Origin: Vulcanimicrobiota bacterium
GTDB lineage: Bacteria > Vulcanimicrobiota > Vulcanimicrobiia > Vulcanimicrobiales > Vulcanimicrobiaceae
DNA: 64,000 nt
Direction of reading: 5' to 3'
Assembly: GCA_963777315.1 (NCBI GenBank)
Contig: CAVZQC010000005.1
Coordinates: 64,001-128,000, forward strand
Below, one piece after another: positions 48,352 through 57,777 of the stretch; within the stretch, counting starts at the first letter, position 1, and each line of letters opens with the position of its first letter. The notes beneath the pieces were generated by a model that saw nothing but the letters and a program-made list of their open reading frames with translations, had not been told where the DNA came from and ran no database searches. The position numbers were made by a program, and so were the translations under genes.

Positions 48352-49485
48352 ATGCCGGCGATGGCGCAGCGCTTCGACGTTGCCGTCGTGGGGGCGGGGC
48401 CGGCCGGTGCATCGACTGCGCAGCTGATCGCGCGCCTGGGGCTGGACGTTGCGTTGATCGAGCGCTGCGAATTTCCACGCAGCAAGGCGTGCGGCGAATA
48501 TTTGAGCGCCGGCACGGTACGCATTCTCGAGCAGATCGGCGTCGCGTCGGAACTTTCGTCCGCAGCGCTTTGCGTGGACGGCATCGAGACTTTCGGGCCC
48601 GGCGCCCACGCGCGGCTGCGTTTCACGTCCGGCGGGTGGTCGCTGCCGCGTGCTACGCTGGATGCCGCGCTGCTCGCAGCGGCGCGCAACTGCGGTGCGA
48701 GGGTGATCCACGCACGAGCGGAGGGTTTCGCCCGCGAACGGGGCGGCGTTCGCGTCGACGTGCGCGCGCCTAGCGGCGAAATAACGGCGCTGCACGCTAA
48801 AGTGCTCGTCGGAGCCGACGGCGCACACTCTCTGGTTGCGCGTGAATTCGGACTGACCCGAGCGGTTCGCGGCCCGCGGCGATTTGCTTTGGGCGGACAC
48901 TATGCCGGCGTGCGCGGTCTGGACCGTTACGTGCGCATGTTCGTCGATGGCGCAACGTACTTCGCCGTCAATCCGCTCTCGCCCGGCAGCGCCAACGCCA
49001 TGCTGATCGTCGACGAACGCGAGCTTCGCCGCCGGCGCGGCGACGTCGACGCCTTCATGCGCGAACGTGCAGCGGCGTTGACGCGCGGGCGCATTCGTTT
49101 GGACGGAATGCGGCTGGAAACGAAGCGTATCGCAATCGGGCCGCTCGCTCACAGCACGCGCGGTTACTGCGCCGAAAACGTGCTATTGACCGGCGATGCC
49201 GCCCATTTTCTGGATCCGTTCACCGGTCAAGGCGTGTACCTTGCGCTGCGTTCCGGGCAACTCGCAGCGCGCGCCATTTTCGAGAGCTCGAGCGGAGTGC
49301 ACGCGCAGCGCGCGGCGTGGCGGGCTTACGAAAAACGCCTTGGGAGTGAGATCGCCCGGCGCAAACGGCTCTGCGCGCTGGTGTCCTTTTTGGTGCGCTT
49401 CCCGCCGGCGGCCAAAGCGGCCGCCGCGCTGTTCGAGAGGGATTCGCGGGCGTTCCGGCCGCTGATCGACGCGGTGACGTCGTAA
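48352..49485 (+). CDS. FAD-dependent oxidoreductase (geranylgeranyl reductase/halogenase-like)
   Basis: GAGPAG, KACGEYL, VGADG, GDAAHFLDPFTGQG. Confidence 0.85.
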   Translation: MPAMAQRFDVAVVGAGPAGASTAQLIARLGLDVALIERCEFPRSKACGEYLSAGTVRILEQIGVASELSSAALCVDGIETFGPGAHARLRFTSGGWSLPRATLDAALLAAARNCGARVIHARAEGFARERGGVRVDVRAPSGEITALHAKVLVGADGAHSLVAREFGLTRAVRGPRRFALGGHYAGVRGLDRYVRMFVDGATYFAVNPLSPGSANAMLIVDERELRRRRGDVDAFMRERAAALTRGRIRLDGMRLETKRIAIGPLAHSTRGYCAENVLLTGDAAHFLDPFTGQGVYLALRSGQLAARAIFESSSGVHAQRAAWRAYEKRLGSEIARRKRLCALVSFLVRFPPAAKAAAALFERDSRAFRPLIDAVTS

Positions 49486-49492
49486 AACGCCG

Positions 49493-49915
49493 GTGAAGAT
49501 GCGCAACGGGATCGTGATGAACGCTCCTGCGCAGCGTATTTATCAGCACGCGTGCGCGACGGAGCGCTGGCCTGATATTTTGCCGCATTACCGGTTCGTG
49601 CGCATACTGTCCGGCGACCAGGCGCGGCGTACGGTGGAGATGGCGGCACGCACGCCGCTCGGAATCCCCGTGCGCTGGCGCGCCGAGCAGATCAACGATC
49701 CCGCAAAACCGCAAATCTCGTTCCGGCATTTGGGCGGATGGACCCGCGGAATGCAGGTGCGCTGGCATTTTGAAACGCAGGGCGCTCAAACCCGAGTGTC
49801 GATCGATCACGAACTGCATTCTCCGCTGGCGCCGATCATCGGCGCGTATTTCATCGATCCGATCGCCAACCGCACTTTACGCTGCATCAAAGCGCTCGTC
49901 GAGGGCTCGGCATGA
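49493..49915 (+). CDS. SRPBCC/polyketide cyclase-dehydrase family protein
   Basis: IVMNAPAQRIY...ERWPDILPHY...GMQVRWHF. Confidence 0.8.
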   Translation: MKMRNGIVMNAPAQRIYQHACATERWPDILPHYRFVRILSGDQARRTVEMAARTPLGIPVRWRAEQINDPAKPQISFRHLGGWTRGMQVRWHFETQGAQTRVSIDHELHSPLAPIIGAYFIDPIANRTLRCIKALVEGSA

Positions 49916-51150
49916 GCGCGCACCGCGTGGCCGTCACCGGGTTGGGCATGATAACGCCGTTAGGCATCGGCGCGCAGACGATGTGGAGTAATTTACTGGA
50001 CGGGCGTGTTGCCGTTGAGCCGCTCAGCCGGTTCGACGCGGCCGAATATCCCTCGCGGATGGCCGCGCAAGTCGACGATTTCGACCCTGCCGCCTTCCTT
50101 TCTCGCCGGCGCGCGCAGTGGATGGATCGCTTCTCTCAGTTTGCCGTTGCCGCAGCTCGATTGGCGGTCGAGGACGCCGGCCTGCAAACCGGTGCGTTGG
50201 CGCAGGAGATGGGCGTTTTCACCGGCTCGGCGCTGGGCGGCGTTGCGCTGGCCGAAGATCAGATGGACGTTTTTCATCGCCAAGGGCTTCGCGCGGTGCG
50301 TCCCCTGCTCACGATATCGGTGTTCGGAGGCGCGGCGGCCAGCAACATCGCCATCGAGTTCGGGCTCACCGGGCCCGCCGGCGCCAATGCGAATTCGTGC
50401 GCGTCCGGAGCGATGGCGATCGGCGATGCGTTTCGCGCGGTACGGCGCGGCGAAGTGCGCGCCGCCATCGCAGGCGGCGTCGAAGCGCCGCTCGCACCGC
50501 TGACGTACGGCGCTTTCAACGTCGCTCGCGCGATGTCGACGTGCAACGACGATCCGCAGCGCGCGAGCCGTCCGTTCGATGCCGACCGCGACGGGTTCGT
50601 CATGGCCGAGGGCGCGGGAATGATCGTACTGGAGCGCTACGCCGATGCCGTCGCTCGCGGTGCAGCGATTTACGGCGAGATCGCCGGGTACGGCGCTTCC
50701 AACGACGCGCATCACATGTCGGCGCCGCTGGAAGACGGACGGCAGACCGCGAGCGCGCTCGAACGCGCGCTGCACGACGCGTCGACGTCTGCCCGGGAGA
50801 TAGAAGCGATCAACGCCCACGGTTCCTCGACTCGACTTGGCGATCGCGCCGAAGTTCGCGCCTACGAACGCGTTTTCGGCGATCGGCTCGCGCAAGTTCC
50901 GATCTGCACCACCAAGGCTCAGCACGGACACGCGCTGGGTGCTACCGGCGCCTGGGAGATCGGCATCGCCTTGCTGGGCATGCGCGACGCGGTGTTGCCG
51001 GGCGCGGTCAATTTGCGTCATCGCGATCCGCACTGCGATGTCAATTGCACGCCGCAAGCGCGGCATCTGCGCGTGCGCCGCGTTCTTTCCAATTCGTCCG
51101 GGTTCGGCGGCATCAACGCCGCGGTGGTCCTGAGCGCTCCGACGCCGTGA
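49912..51150 (+). CDS. Beta-ketoacyl-ACP synthase (FabF/KS-alpha-like)
   Basis: VAVTGLG, catalytic SCASG, NAHGSST, GHALGA, SSGFGG. Confidence 0.9.
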   Translation: MSAHRVAVTGLGMITPLGIGAQTMWSNLLDGRVAVEPLSRFDAAEYPSRMAAQVDDFDPAAFLSRRRAQWMDRFSQFAVAAARLAVEDAGLQTGALAQEMGVFTGSALGGVALAEDQMDVFHRQGLRAVRPLLTISVFGGAAASNIAIEFGLTGPAGANANSCASGAMAIGDAFRAVRRGEVRAAIAGGVEAPLAPLTYGAFNVARAMSTCNDDPQRASRPFDADRDGFVMAEGAGMIVLERYADAVARGAAIYGEIAGYGASNDAHHMSAPLEDGRQTASALERALHDASTSAREIEAINAHGSSTRLGDRAEVRAYERVFGDRLAQVPICTTKAQHGHALGATGAWEIGIALLGMRDAVLPGAVNLRHRDPHCDVNCTPQARHLRVRRVLSNSSGFGGINAAVVLSAPTP

Positions 51151-51214
51151 GTGTGCGCTGCCTTATCGGCGCGCAAACAGGCGCCGGAGGGCGGCGGGGC
51201 TAACTTACGCGCCC

Positions 51215-51451
51215 ATGACCGGCCATATCATTGAGATGGTGTTTGCGTGGCTGCCGCTGGCGATCTTTATCTTCTTGCTGTTCGTGCTCTATTTCTCCAA
51301 ACGGCACGAGCGCGCGGTCGCCGTGGTGCATGGTAAGACGTATGCCTGCGCCCGGTGCGGGCGTCGCGGCAAGCACGAACACATGGTGCCGGTCACGCAC
51401 GAAGGCGCCGTGGTCTGGTATTGCGGCAACTGCGCGGCGCGTGCTTCTTGA
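51215..51451 (+). CDS. Small membrane protein with CxxC...CxxC zinc ribbon
   Basis: N-terminal TM, YACARCG and WYCGNC. Confidence 0.65.
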   Translation: MTGHIIEMVFAWLPLAIFIFLLFVLYFSKRHERAVAVVHGKTYACARCGRRGKHEHMVPVTHEGAVVWYCGNCAARAS

Positions 51452-52370
51452 CAAGCCCTTACGAGCTGCGATACTGAGCGCGGCCGACAATGCGTCGGTG
51501 CGCCGTTTTGTCGATCGCTACGGCTTCTCCTTAGGAGCGCAGCGGTTCGTCGCGGGCCGCAGTGGTCAGGAGTTTTTGCAAGTCGCCAAGGCGGTCAACG
51601 CGCAGGGCTTCGCCGTGGCGTGCGGCATCCTGGGTGAGGGTGTGCGTACGGCCGGCGAAGCAACGGCGGCGGCCGAGCAGTATTGCGAACTGCTGCGCAC
51701 GTTTGCGGCGCAAGGCATCGATGCCAACGTCGCGTTCAAGCTCACGCACGTGGGTCTGGACATCGACCCGGCGTTCGCGCTGGAAAATGCCGTTCACATC
51801 GCACAAACCGCGCAAACCACGCGCAACACGATGCGCTTGGATATGGAACAGTCGCAGTACGTGGACGCAACGCTGAAAACGTACCGCCGGCTGCGGGAGC
51901 GATTCGACTGCGTGGGATTGGCTTTGCAATCTTATCTGCGCCGCAGCATGGACGATCTGCGCGCGCTTTTACCGCTTGCGCCCAACGTGCGCGTCGTCAA
52001 AGGCGCATACCTGGAGCCTGCGGCGATTGCCTATGCGGATAAAAGAGACGTGGACGCGAATTATCTGCGCCTGGTCGAAACTGCGCTCGATGCAGAAGGC
52101 TATACTGCCGTCGCAACGCACGATCGCCGGATCGTCGAGCGCGTAGTGCAGATCGCGCAGCGTCGCGGCATTGCGCAAACCGGCCGTTTCGAATTTCAAA
52201 TGCTGTACGGCATCGCCGGCGGACTGGCAGGCGAATTGGTTCGATCCGGATACCGCGTGCGGTTGGCCGTCCCGTTCGGGACCGATTGGTTTCCGTACCT
52301 GATGCGGCGCTTGGCGGAAAGGCCGGCCAATCTGGCATTTTTCCTCAAGGGAGCGGTAACGCGCCGTTGA
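51441..52370 (+). CDS. Monofunctional proline dehydrogenase
   Basis: AQRFVAG, KLTHVGL, RLDME, RVVKGAY, ATHD, EFQMLYG, YLMRRLAERPAN. Confidence 0.92.
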   Translation: MLLDKPLRAAILSAADNASVRRFVDRYGFSLGAQRFVAGRSGQEFLQVAKAVNAQGFAVACGILGEGVRTAGEATAAAEQYCELLRTFAAQGIDANVAFKLTHVGLDIDPAFALENAVHIAQTAQTTRNTMRLDMEQSQYVDATLKTYRRLRERFDCVGLALQSYLRRSMDDLRALLPLAPNVRVVKGAYLEPAAIAYADKRDVDANYLRLVETALDAEGYTAVATHDRRIVERVVQIAQRRGIAQTGRFEFQMLYGIAGGLAGELVRSGYRVRLAVPFGTDWFPYLMRRLAERPANLAFFLKGAVTRR

Positions 52371-53221
52371 TCGAGCCGGCGAGCCCAGCGGGCGTGTATT
52401 GCGCGGTCCTTACGCCGTTCGATGCGGACCTGCGTCCCGATGCCGGCAAAGCGATACCGTACTATCGCGCTCTGTTGCATCGCGGATGCGACGGCTTGAA
52501 CGTTTTGGGAACGACCGGAGAAGCGATGTCCGTGGGCCTCTCCGACCGCTTGCACTTTATGGAGTCCGTCGCGGGCGCCTTACCCCGCGAACGGCTCATG
52601 GTCGGTACCGGCGCTTGCGCGCTCGCCGATGCAGCGATCTTGACGCGGGCGGCATTCGATTTGGGATACGCGTTTGCGCTCGTCATTCCGCCGTTTTATT
52701 TTCGGGACGCCGACGACGAGGGCATCGTACGTTTTTTCGACGCGCTGTTCGAGCGCGCAGCGCCTCCACGACGCAGCATCTTGCTCTACAATTTTCCGCG
52801 CATGAGCGGCATCACGTTCCACGGCGATCTGTACGAGCGGCTAACGGCGCAGTTTCCCGGCATCATTCGCGGGCTCAAGGACAGTTCGAATACGCAAGCC
52901 TTGGAACGCGAACTGCACGAACGCCGGCCCGAGTCCGCGATATTTCCCGGCTCGGAAGCGCTGCTTCCGGCGGCGCGAGAAAGCGGACTTGCAGGCTGCA
53001 TTTCGGGCACCGTGTGTTTATGGCCGCAGCTCGCGTCGCGGGCTTGGCATGAGGGCCGGCGTGGGGACTGCGAACAGGTCGTGGCATTGCGCCGCGGCCT
53101 CGACGGTGCGCCGCTGATTCCCGCCGTCCGGGGCCGCGTCGCGCGCGAAACCGGCGATTCGGACTGGCTGCGCAGCGTTCCGCCGCTGCACGGAACTCGC
53201 GCGGCGGCAGCCGACGTATAA
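52367..53221 (+). CDS. Dihydrodipicolinate synthase family aldolase
   Basis: LTPFD, GTTGE, LYNFP, GLKDSS (Schiff-base Lys). Confidence 0.85.
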   Translation: MIEPASPAGVYCAVLTPFDADLRPDAGKAIPYYRALLHRGCDGLNVLGTTGEAMSVGLSDRLHFMESVAGALPRERLMVGTGACALADAAILTRAAFDLGYAFALVIPPFYFRDADDEGIVRFFDALFERAAPPRRSILLYNFPRMSGITFHGDLYERLTAQFPGIIRGLKDSSNTQALERELHERRPESAIFPGSEALLPAARESGLAGCISGTVCLWPQLASRAWHEGRRGDCEQVVALRRGLDGAPLIPAVRGRVARETGDSDWLRSVPPLHGTRAAAADV

Positions 53222-53226
53222 GGAGT

Positions 53227-53652
53227 GTGATGAAGAACGTGATAACGGGCTGCGCGTTGCTGGCGGCTTTCGCCCTGGGGGGCGTCGTGGTCTTTGGACA
53301 AGAAGCCGGCGGTTCGGTTTCGGATGCGTCCGCGGCATTCGCGCAGCTCAGTGCCGATCCGCAAGGTACGGTCTGGCGCAACATCGTGCACGCGCCCGCG
53401 GGCGACGTTTTGGCAATGTATATCGGCCATGCGCCGCGGCAGGTGTACGCCAAGCAGGACGAACTCATCTACGTCGTGAGCGGTCGTGGAACCGCAGCGG
53501 TCGGCTATCCTTCGTACGACATCCAGCCGGGTTCGGTCATTTCGATTCCGCGGAACACTGCGTTTGAGATATCGTCGACCGGAACGACGCCGATCAAAGC
53601 GCTCGTCATTGCCTCACCCAACAACGATCCGGCGGACAAGCGAATTTTGTAG
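53227..53652 (+). CDS. Secreted cupin domain protein
   Basis: Signal peptide, DELIYVVSGRG...IQPGSVISIPRNT; AAGGAG RBS. Confidence 0.75.
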   Translation: MMKNVITGCALLAAFALGGVVVFGQEAGGSVSDASAAFAQLSADPQGTVWRNIVHAPAGDVLAMYIGHAPRQVYAKQDELIYVVSGRGTAAVGYPSYDIQPGSVISIPRNTAFEISSTGTTPIKALVIASPNNDPADKRIL

Positions 53653-53660
53653 CGGTTCGT

Positions 53661-53909
53661 TCAGATCTGTACGACTTGCGCGATTTCCGGCACGTCGGCG
53701 CAGACGATTTGCTCGATCGCGCCTTTGAGCGTCATGTTCGAAGCTGGACATCCTCCGCACGCGCCGAGCATTTGAACGAATGCCGTGCCGTTCTCGACTT
53801 TTATGAGCCACACTTCGCCGCCGTCCATCTGAATGCCGGGGCGAACTTTATCGAGCGCCTGATTGACGCGTTCTTCGATGGATGGCTGCTCTATTGCGTT
53901 ATTGCCCAT
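53661..53909 (-). CDS. NifU/NfuA-like Fe-S carrier domain protein
   Basis: VRPGIQMDGG, GACGGCPAS, TLKGAIE. Confidence 0.9.
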   Translation of the reverse strand: MGNNAIEQPSIEERVNQALDKVRPGIQMDGGEVWLIKVENGTAFVQMLGACGGCPASNMTLKGAIEQIVCADVPEIAQVVQI

Positions 53910-54807
53910 ACCCCTTCATCAATTCGTGCATTCGCCCGGCCACCGCAAGCGCATCGTTCCAATCGCGCTGCCACATGTTGCGGCCGAAAATCAGGCCCAC
54001 GCAGCCGGCTTCCATTGCGATCCCGGCTTTGTGAAGCGTGTCCTCGTCGCTTATTTTGCTTCCGCCGGAAACCAGCACCAGCGAGCGCCCCGCCGATTTG
54101 ACCACTTTGCGCAGTCCATCCAGCTCCGACAGCTCCAACGTGCTGTAAGGTTTCGGCATTTTGTCCGCGGTGGCCGCATCCCATTTGGGCACGTTGAGCT
54201 TGATGACGTCCGCTCCCACTTCGCAGGCCGCGCGCGCTGCGTAATCGACGGCATACAGCGAATCAACGCCGCCCTTGGCCTTGACGGCCGCTCCGCGCGG
54301 GTACGCCCACACGATGAGCGGCATGCCGTACTTTTCGCAATCGCGGCGCACTTCGTTGCACTGCGCGATATCGACGTCTTGCGACGGGCTTCCGACGTAT
54401 AGCGTGTAGCCCACCGCATCCGCTCCCAGCCGCACGGCATCTTCGACCGACGAGGTGAGCGAACTGAATGCATCATCGTCGCTGGGCACGTTGGTCTTGC
54501 CGTTGACCTTCAATACGAGCGGAACCGTACCGGCGTACGCCTTGTGGTATTTTTCTGCCAAACCGACATGCAGAGCGATGCCGGAAAATTCGCCTTCAAC
54601 GACAAGGCGGTAAATCCAATCGGTGTCGACGGACTCGGGGTTGCTGAAGAAATCGACCGGTCCGTGCTCCAAACCCTGATCGATGGGCAGGAACATCAGC
54701 GTGCCGTTGGCGGGACCGTGCTCGTACATCATGCGATGCAGTCGTACGCGTTTTCCGGTGGAAAGATTCATTTCGTCGAACGTGGGGCGGCGCACGGCGG
54801 TCAACAT
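53899..54807 (-). CDS. Class I fructose-bisphosphate aldolase (DhnA family)
   Basis: LPIDQGLEHGP, VEDAVRLGADAVG, WAYPRG, GADVIK, SGG, IFGRN; AGGAG RBS before ATG 54807. Confidence 0.9.
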   Translation of the reverse strand: MLTAVRRPTFDEMNLSTGKRVRLHRMMYEHGPANGTLMFLPIDQGLEHGPVDFFSNPESVDTDWIYRLVVEGEFSGIALHVGLAEKYHKAYAGTVPLVLKVNGKTNVPSDDDAFSSLTSSVEDAVRLGADAVGYTLYVGSPSQDVDIAQCNEVRRDCEKYGMPLIVWAYPRGAAVKAKGGVDSLYAVDYAARAACEVGADVIKLNVPKWDAATADKMPKPYSTLELSELDGLRKVVKSAGRSLVLVSGGSKISDEDTLHKAGIAMEAGCVGLIFGRNMWQRDWNDALAVAGRMHELMKGYGQ

Positions 54808-54922
54808 TTGAGCGGTCTCCTCTAAACTGCGGTCGGGAAGGCTACCGTTCGGCGGCGTCCGGGTCCTTCGCTTTTGTCCCGCTCCGGCATGACAAAACCG
54901 GCGAAGCGGATAATCCCCGGGC

Positions 54923-55807
54923 GTGACTTCACCCGCCATAGGCTTCATGGGAATCGGCGCTATGGGCGAGCCGATGTCGGTTGCGCTGCTGCGGGCGGGC
55001 TACGCAGTCAGCGCGTGCGCGCACCGCAATCGCGAGCGTCTGGAACGCGTCATCGGCCAGGGGGTTGCCGAGCTTGCCGATCCGGGCTCGGTAGCGGCGG
55101 CATGCGACATTGTGATCACGTGCCTGCCGGATGCGCCGCAGGTGGAAGAAGTCATCTTCGGCGATCGCGGTGCTGCCTCAGGCGCAAAAACCGGCACCAC
55201 CTTCGTCGACATGTCGACCATTTCACCGGTTGCGGCGCGGGCGATCGCCGAGCGCTTGGACGCGCGCGGCATGCATTTTGCCGACGCGCCGGTCAGCGGA
55301 GGGCCCGCGCGGGCTGCATCCGCGACGCTCACGATCATGGTCGGCGCCTCCGCGAAGGATTTCGCGCGGATAGAACCCGTCCTCGGTGCGATGGGCACCC
55401 CGCACCACATCGGGGCGGTGGGACTGGGAGCGACGACGAAACTGGTCAATCAACTCATCATTGCGAGCGTCATGATTGCCGACGTAGAGGCGCTCACGTT
55501 CGCGCGTAACGCCGGCGCAGACGTCCAGGCGGTTCGCAAAGTGCTTTCGACGGCGACGGCGTCGAACTATCTACTCGAACAATGGCTGCCGAAAACGTGG
55601 TTTGCAGGTACGTTCAAAGAAGGCTTCGCCCTTGATCTTCTCCGCAAGGACTTGGGAGCGGCTCTCGACGCCGCTCGCGCAATGAACATGCCGATGCCGG
55701 CATCGGCCTTGGCGTATCAATTGTACACGCTCAGGTCCGCGCAAGGCGACGGCGCGCTCGACTACAGTGCGGTAGCGAAATTATATGAGCACGTCGCCGG
55801 GACCTAA
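54923..55807 (+). CDS. NAD(P)-dependent beta-hydroxyacid dehydrogenase (3-hydroxyisobutyrate/tartronate semialdehyde reductase family)
   Basis: GFMGIGAMG, DMST, DAPVSGG, KLVNQ, KDL. Confidence 0.88.
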   Translation: MTSPAIGFMGIGAMGEPMSVALLRAGYAVSACAHRNRERLERVIGQGVAELADPGSVAAACDIVITCLPDAPQVEEVIFGDRGAASGAKTGTTFVDMSTISPVAARAIAERLDARGMHFADAPVSGGPARAASATLTIMVGASAKDFARIEPVLGAMGTPHHIGAVGLGATTKLVNQLIIASVMIADVEALTFARNAGADVQAVRKVLSTATASNYLLEQWLPKTWFAGTFKEGFALDLLRKDLGAALDAARAMNMPMPASALAYQLYTLRSAQGDGALDYSAVAKLYEHVAGT

Positions 55808-56525
55808 CAAACGGGGAACGTTTAACAAACACCCCGACTTCAACAAGAAGATCCTCGTCGTAGACGACGAGGCTGCGATACTGCAAACTCTGCGGTACAA
55901 TTTGGAGCGCAGCGGTTACGCCGTCGTCACCGCCGGCGACGGCCGCAGCGCGGTCGCGATGGCGCAACGCGAACAGCCCGACCTCATCGTGCTGGACATC
56001 ATGCTGCCCGTGCTCGACGGTGTCGAAGCGTGCAAAGAAATCCGCAAGACCAGCGGCGTGCCGATCATCATGCTCACGGCAAAAGACCAAGAGATCGACA
56101 AGGTTCTCGCGCTGGAGCTGGGCGCGGACGATTACGTGACCAAGCCGTTCGCGCTGCACGAATTTCTCGCGCGCGTGAAAGCCCGATTGCGCCGTCCGCT
56201 CCCCGTTTCGGCAAACGACCACGATCGGGCCATTGCGCTGGGCGGAATCGTTTTGGATCCTTCGCGCCAGCATCTGACCGTGCGCGGCAAAGACGTTTCC
56301 CTTGCGCCCAAAGAGTTCGCGCTGCTTCGGGTGCTGATGGAAAATGCCGGCCGCGTGGTCACGCGCCAAACATTGCTCGACAAGGTTTGGGGATACGACT
56401 TTGAAGGCGAACAGCAAACGGTAAGCGTGCACGTCCGCTGGCTGCGCGAGAAGATCGAAGAAGATTCGCGCACTCCGGGCCACATCATTACGGTGCGCAG
56501 CCGCGGCTACATGTTCAAGGAGTAA
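55785..56525 (+). CDS. OmpR/PhoB family response regulator
   Basis: ILVVDDE, LDIMLP, LTAK, GADDYVTKPF, winged helix; upstream of a kinase and pst genes. Confidence 0.92.
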   Translation: MSTSPGPNKRGTFNKHPDFNKKILVVDDEAAILQTLRYNLERSGYAVVTAGDGRSAVAMAQREQPDLIVLDIMLPVLDGVEACKEIRKTSGVPIIMLTAKDQEIDKVLALELGADDYVTKPFALHEFLARVKARLRRPLPVSANDHDRAIALGGIVLDPSRQHLTVRGKDVSLAPKEFALLRVLMENAGRVVTRQTLLDKVWGYDFEGEQQTVSVHVRWLREKIEEDSRTPGHIITVRSRGYMFKE

Positions 56526-56528
56526 TGC

Positions 56529-57719
56529 ATAGACGTTGAAGTCGTCGCGCTCGGAACGTTCGCAGCAGGTATCGCAGGCGGATTGCTGCTGCGCCGGTAC
56601 GTTCGCCCCCCCAATTCCGGCGACGCCCCCATCGAACTGCAGCCCCAGCCGCCCCCCGACAACCGGTTCGACGTGCTCGCGCGGGCTTTGCCGCTGGGTG
56701 TCATGATGCTCGATCGGCGCTTGCGCGTGCGCTTTGCCAATCGGGCGGCAGCGGCGATCTTCGGGTTCGATCGGGCTCGCGTGCGTGGAACGCATATCAT
56801 CGAGGCGATTCCTTCGATCGAACTCGAGCGGCGCGCCGGTGCAGCGCTGCGCCTGGAATATCCGCCCGGACCGCTGATCGTGAGCGGAAAGGCCGTCAAT
56901 CGTTCGTACGCGGTTTCGACCTATCCGCTGGTCGCGGAAGCCGAAGACGAAGAAGACGAAACCGGGCGCGAGGCGAGCGGCGTGCTGATCGTCGCCGAGG
57001 ACCAGACCGACCTGCTGGCGCTCGAACGCGCGCGCCAAGAATTTCTCACCAACGTTTCGCACGAGCTGCGTACGCCGCTTTCATCCATCAAAGTGATGCT
57101 GGAAACCGTTACGGAATCGGGCGACGAGGAAGCTCGCAAGCTGTTTTTGCCGCAAGCGCTGGGCCAAGTGGATCGCCTGGCTACGCTCGTGCAGCGCCTG
57201 CTGGAACAAGCGCGTGCTGAATCCGGACAGATGGTGCTTCAAATAACCGAACTCGACCTGGAAGAAGTCGCGCGGCCGATCGTAGCGTCGTTTGCGCACC
57301 AAGCTGCGGCAGCGGGTGTGACCTTAGAACTGCGTTCCTTACGGCCGGCCGTCGTCGAGGCCGACGAGCACCGGCTCGGACAGATTTTCGTGAACCTGAT
57401 CGATAACGCGCTTCGATTCACGCCCGAGAAAGGCAGCGTTACCGTTGCGCTGGACGTCGATGACGGGTACGCCGTCATTCGGGTCGCCGACACCGGCATC
57501 GGCATACCGTACAAGGATCTACCGTACGTTTTTGAACGCTTCTACGTCGTGGACCGGTCGCGTACGCGCGCCGCCCGCCGCGCCGGCGGCGCGGGCTTAG
57601 GACTCTCAATCGTTAAACAGATCGCCGAAGCGCACGGCGGCGTTGCGCACGCGCAGTCGGCGCTGAACAGCGGCGCCACCTTTACGGTCCGCATACCGCT
57701 CGTCGCAGCTGGCCCTTAA
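56529..57719 (+). CDS. PhoR-like sensor histidine kinase with PAS domain (start ATA 56529 or frameshifted ATG 56525)
   Basis: N-terminal TM, PAS-like region, SHELRTPL, NLIDNA, DTGIG, GAGLGL. Confidence 0.9.
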   Translation: MDVEVVALGTFAAGIAGGLLLRRYVRPPNSGDAPIELQPQPPPDNRFDVLARALPLGVMMLDRRLRVRFANRAAAAIFGFDRARVRGTHIIEAIPSIELERRAGAALRLEYPPGPLIVSGKAVNRSYAVSTYPLVAEAEDEEDETGREASGVLIVAEDQTDLLALERARQEFLTNVSHELRTPLSSIKVMLETVTESGDEEARKLFLPQALGQVDRLATLVQRLLEQARAESGQMVLQITELDLEEVARPIVASFAHQAAAAGVTLELRSLRPAVVEADEHRLGQIFVNLIDNALRFTPEKGSVTVALDVDDGYAVIRVADTGIGIPYKDLPYVFERFYVVDRSRTRAARRAGGAGLGLSIVKQIAEAHGGVAHAQSALNSGATFTVRIPLVAAGP

Positions 57720-57753
57720 CTTTCCTTAATGTCCATTTAAGGAGGCCTTAGGT
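57715..57753 (+). promoter_or_regulatory. Putative Pho box (tandem TTAA/TTAG half-sites, 10-11 bp period)
   Basis: TTAA at 57716, 57726, 57737 and TTAG at 57748 in an AT-rich patch before pstC. Confidence 0.55.
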
Positions 57754-57777
57754 TGGGCTTGCTTAGATGAAGCTGTC

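Noticed and set aside
53899..55807. Sulfoglycolysis locus (aldolase plus sulfolactaldehyde reductase)
   Set aside because: Genes are divergent, no SQ isomerase, kinase or glycosidase is nearby, and the aldolase looks like ordinary DhnA-type Fba
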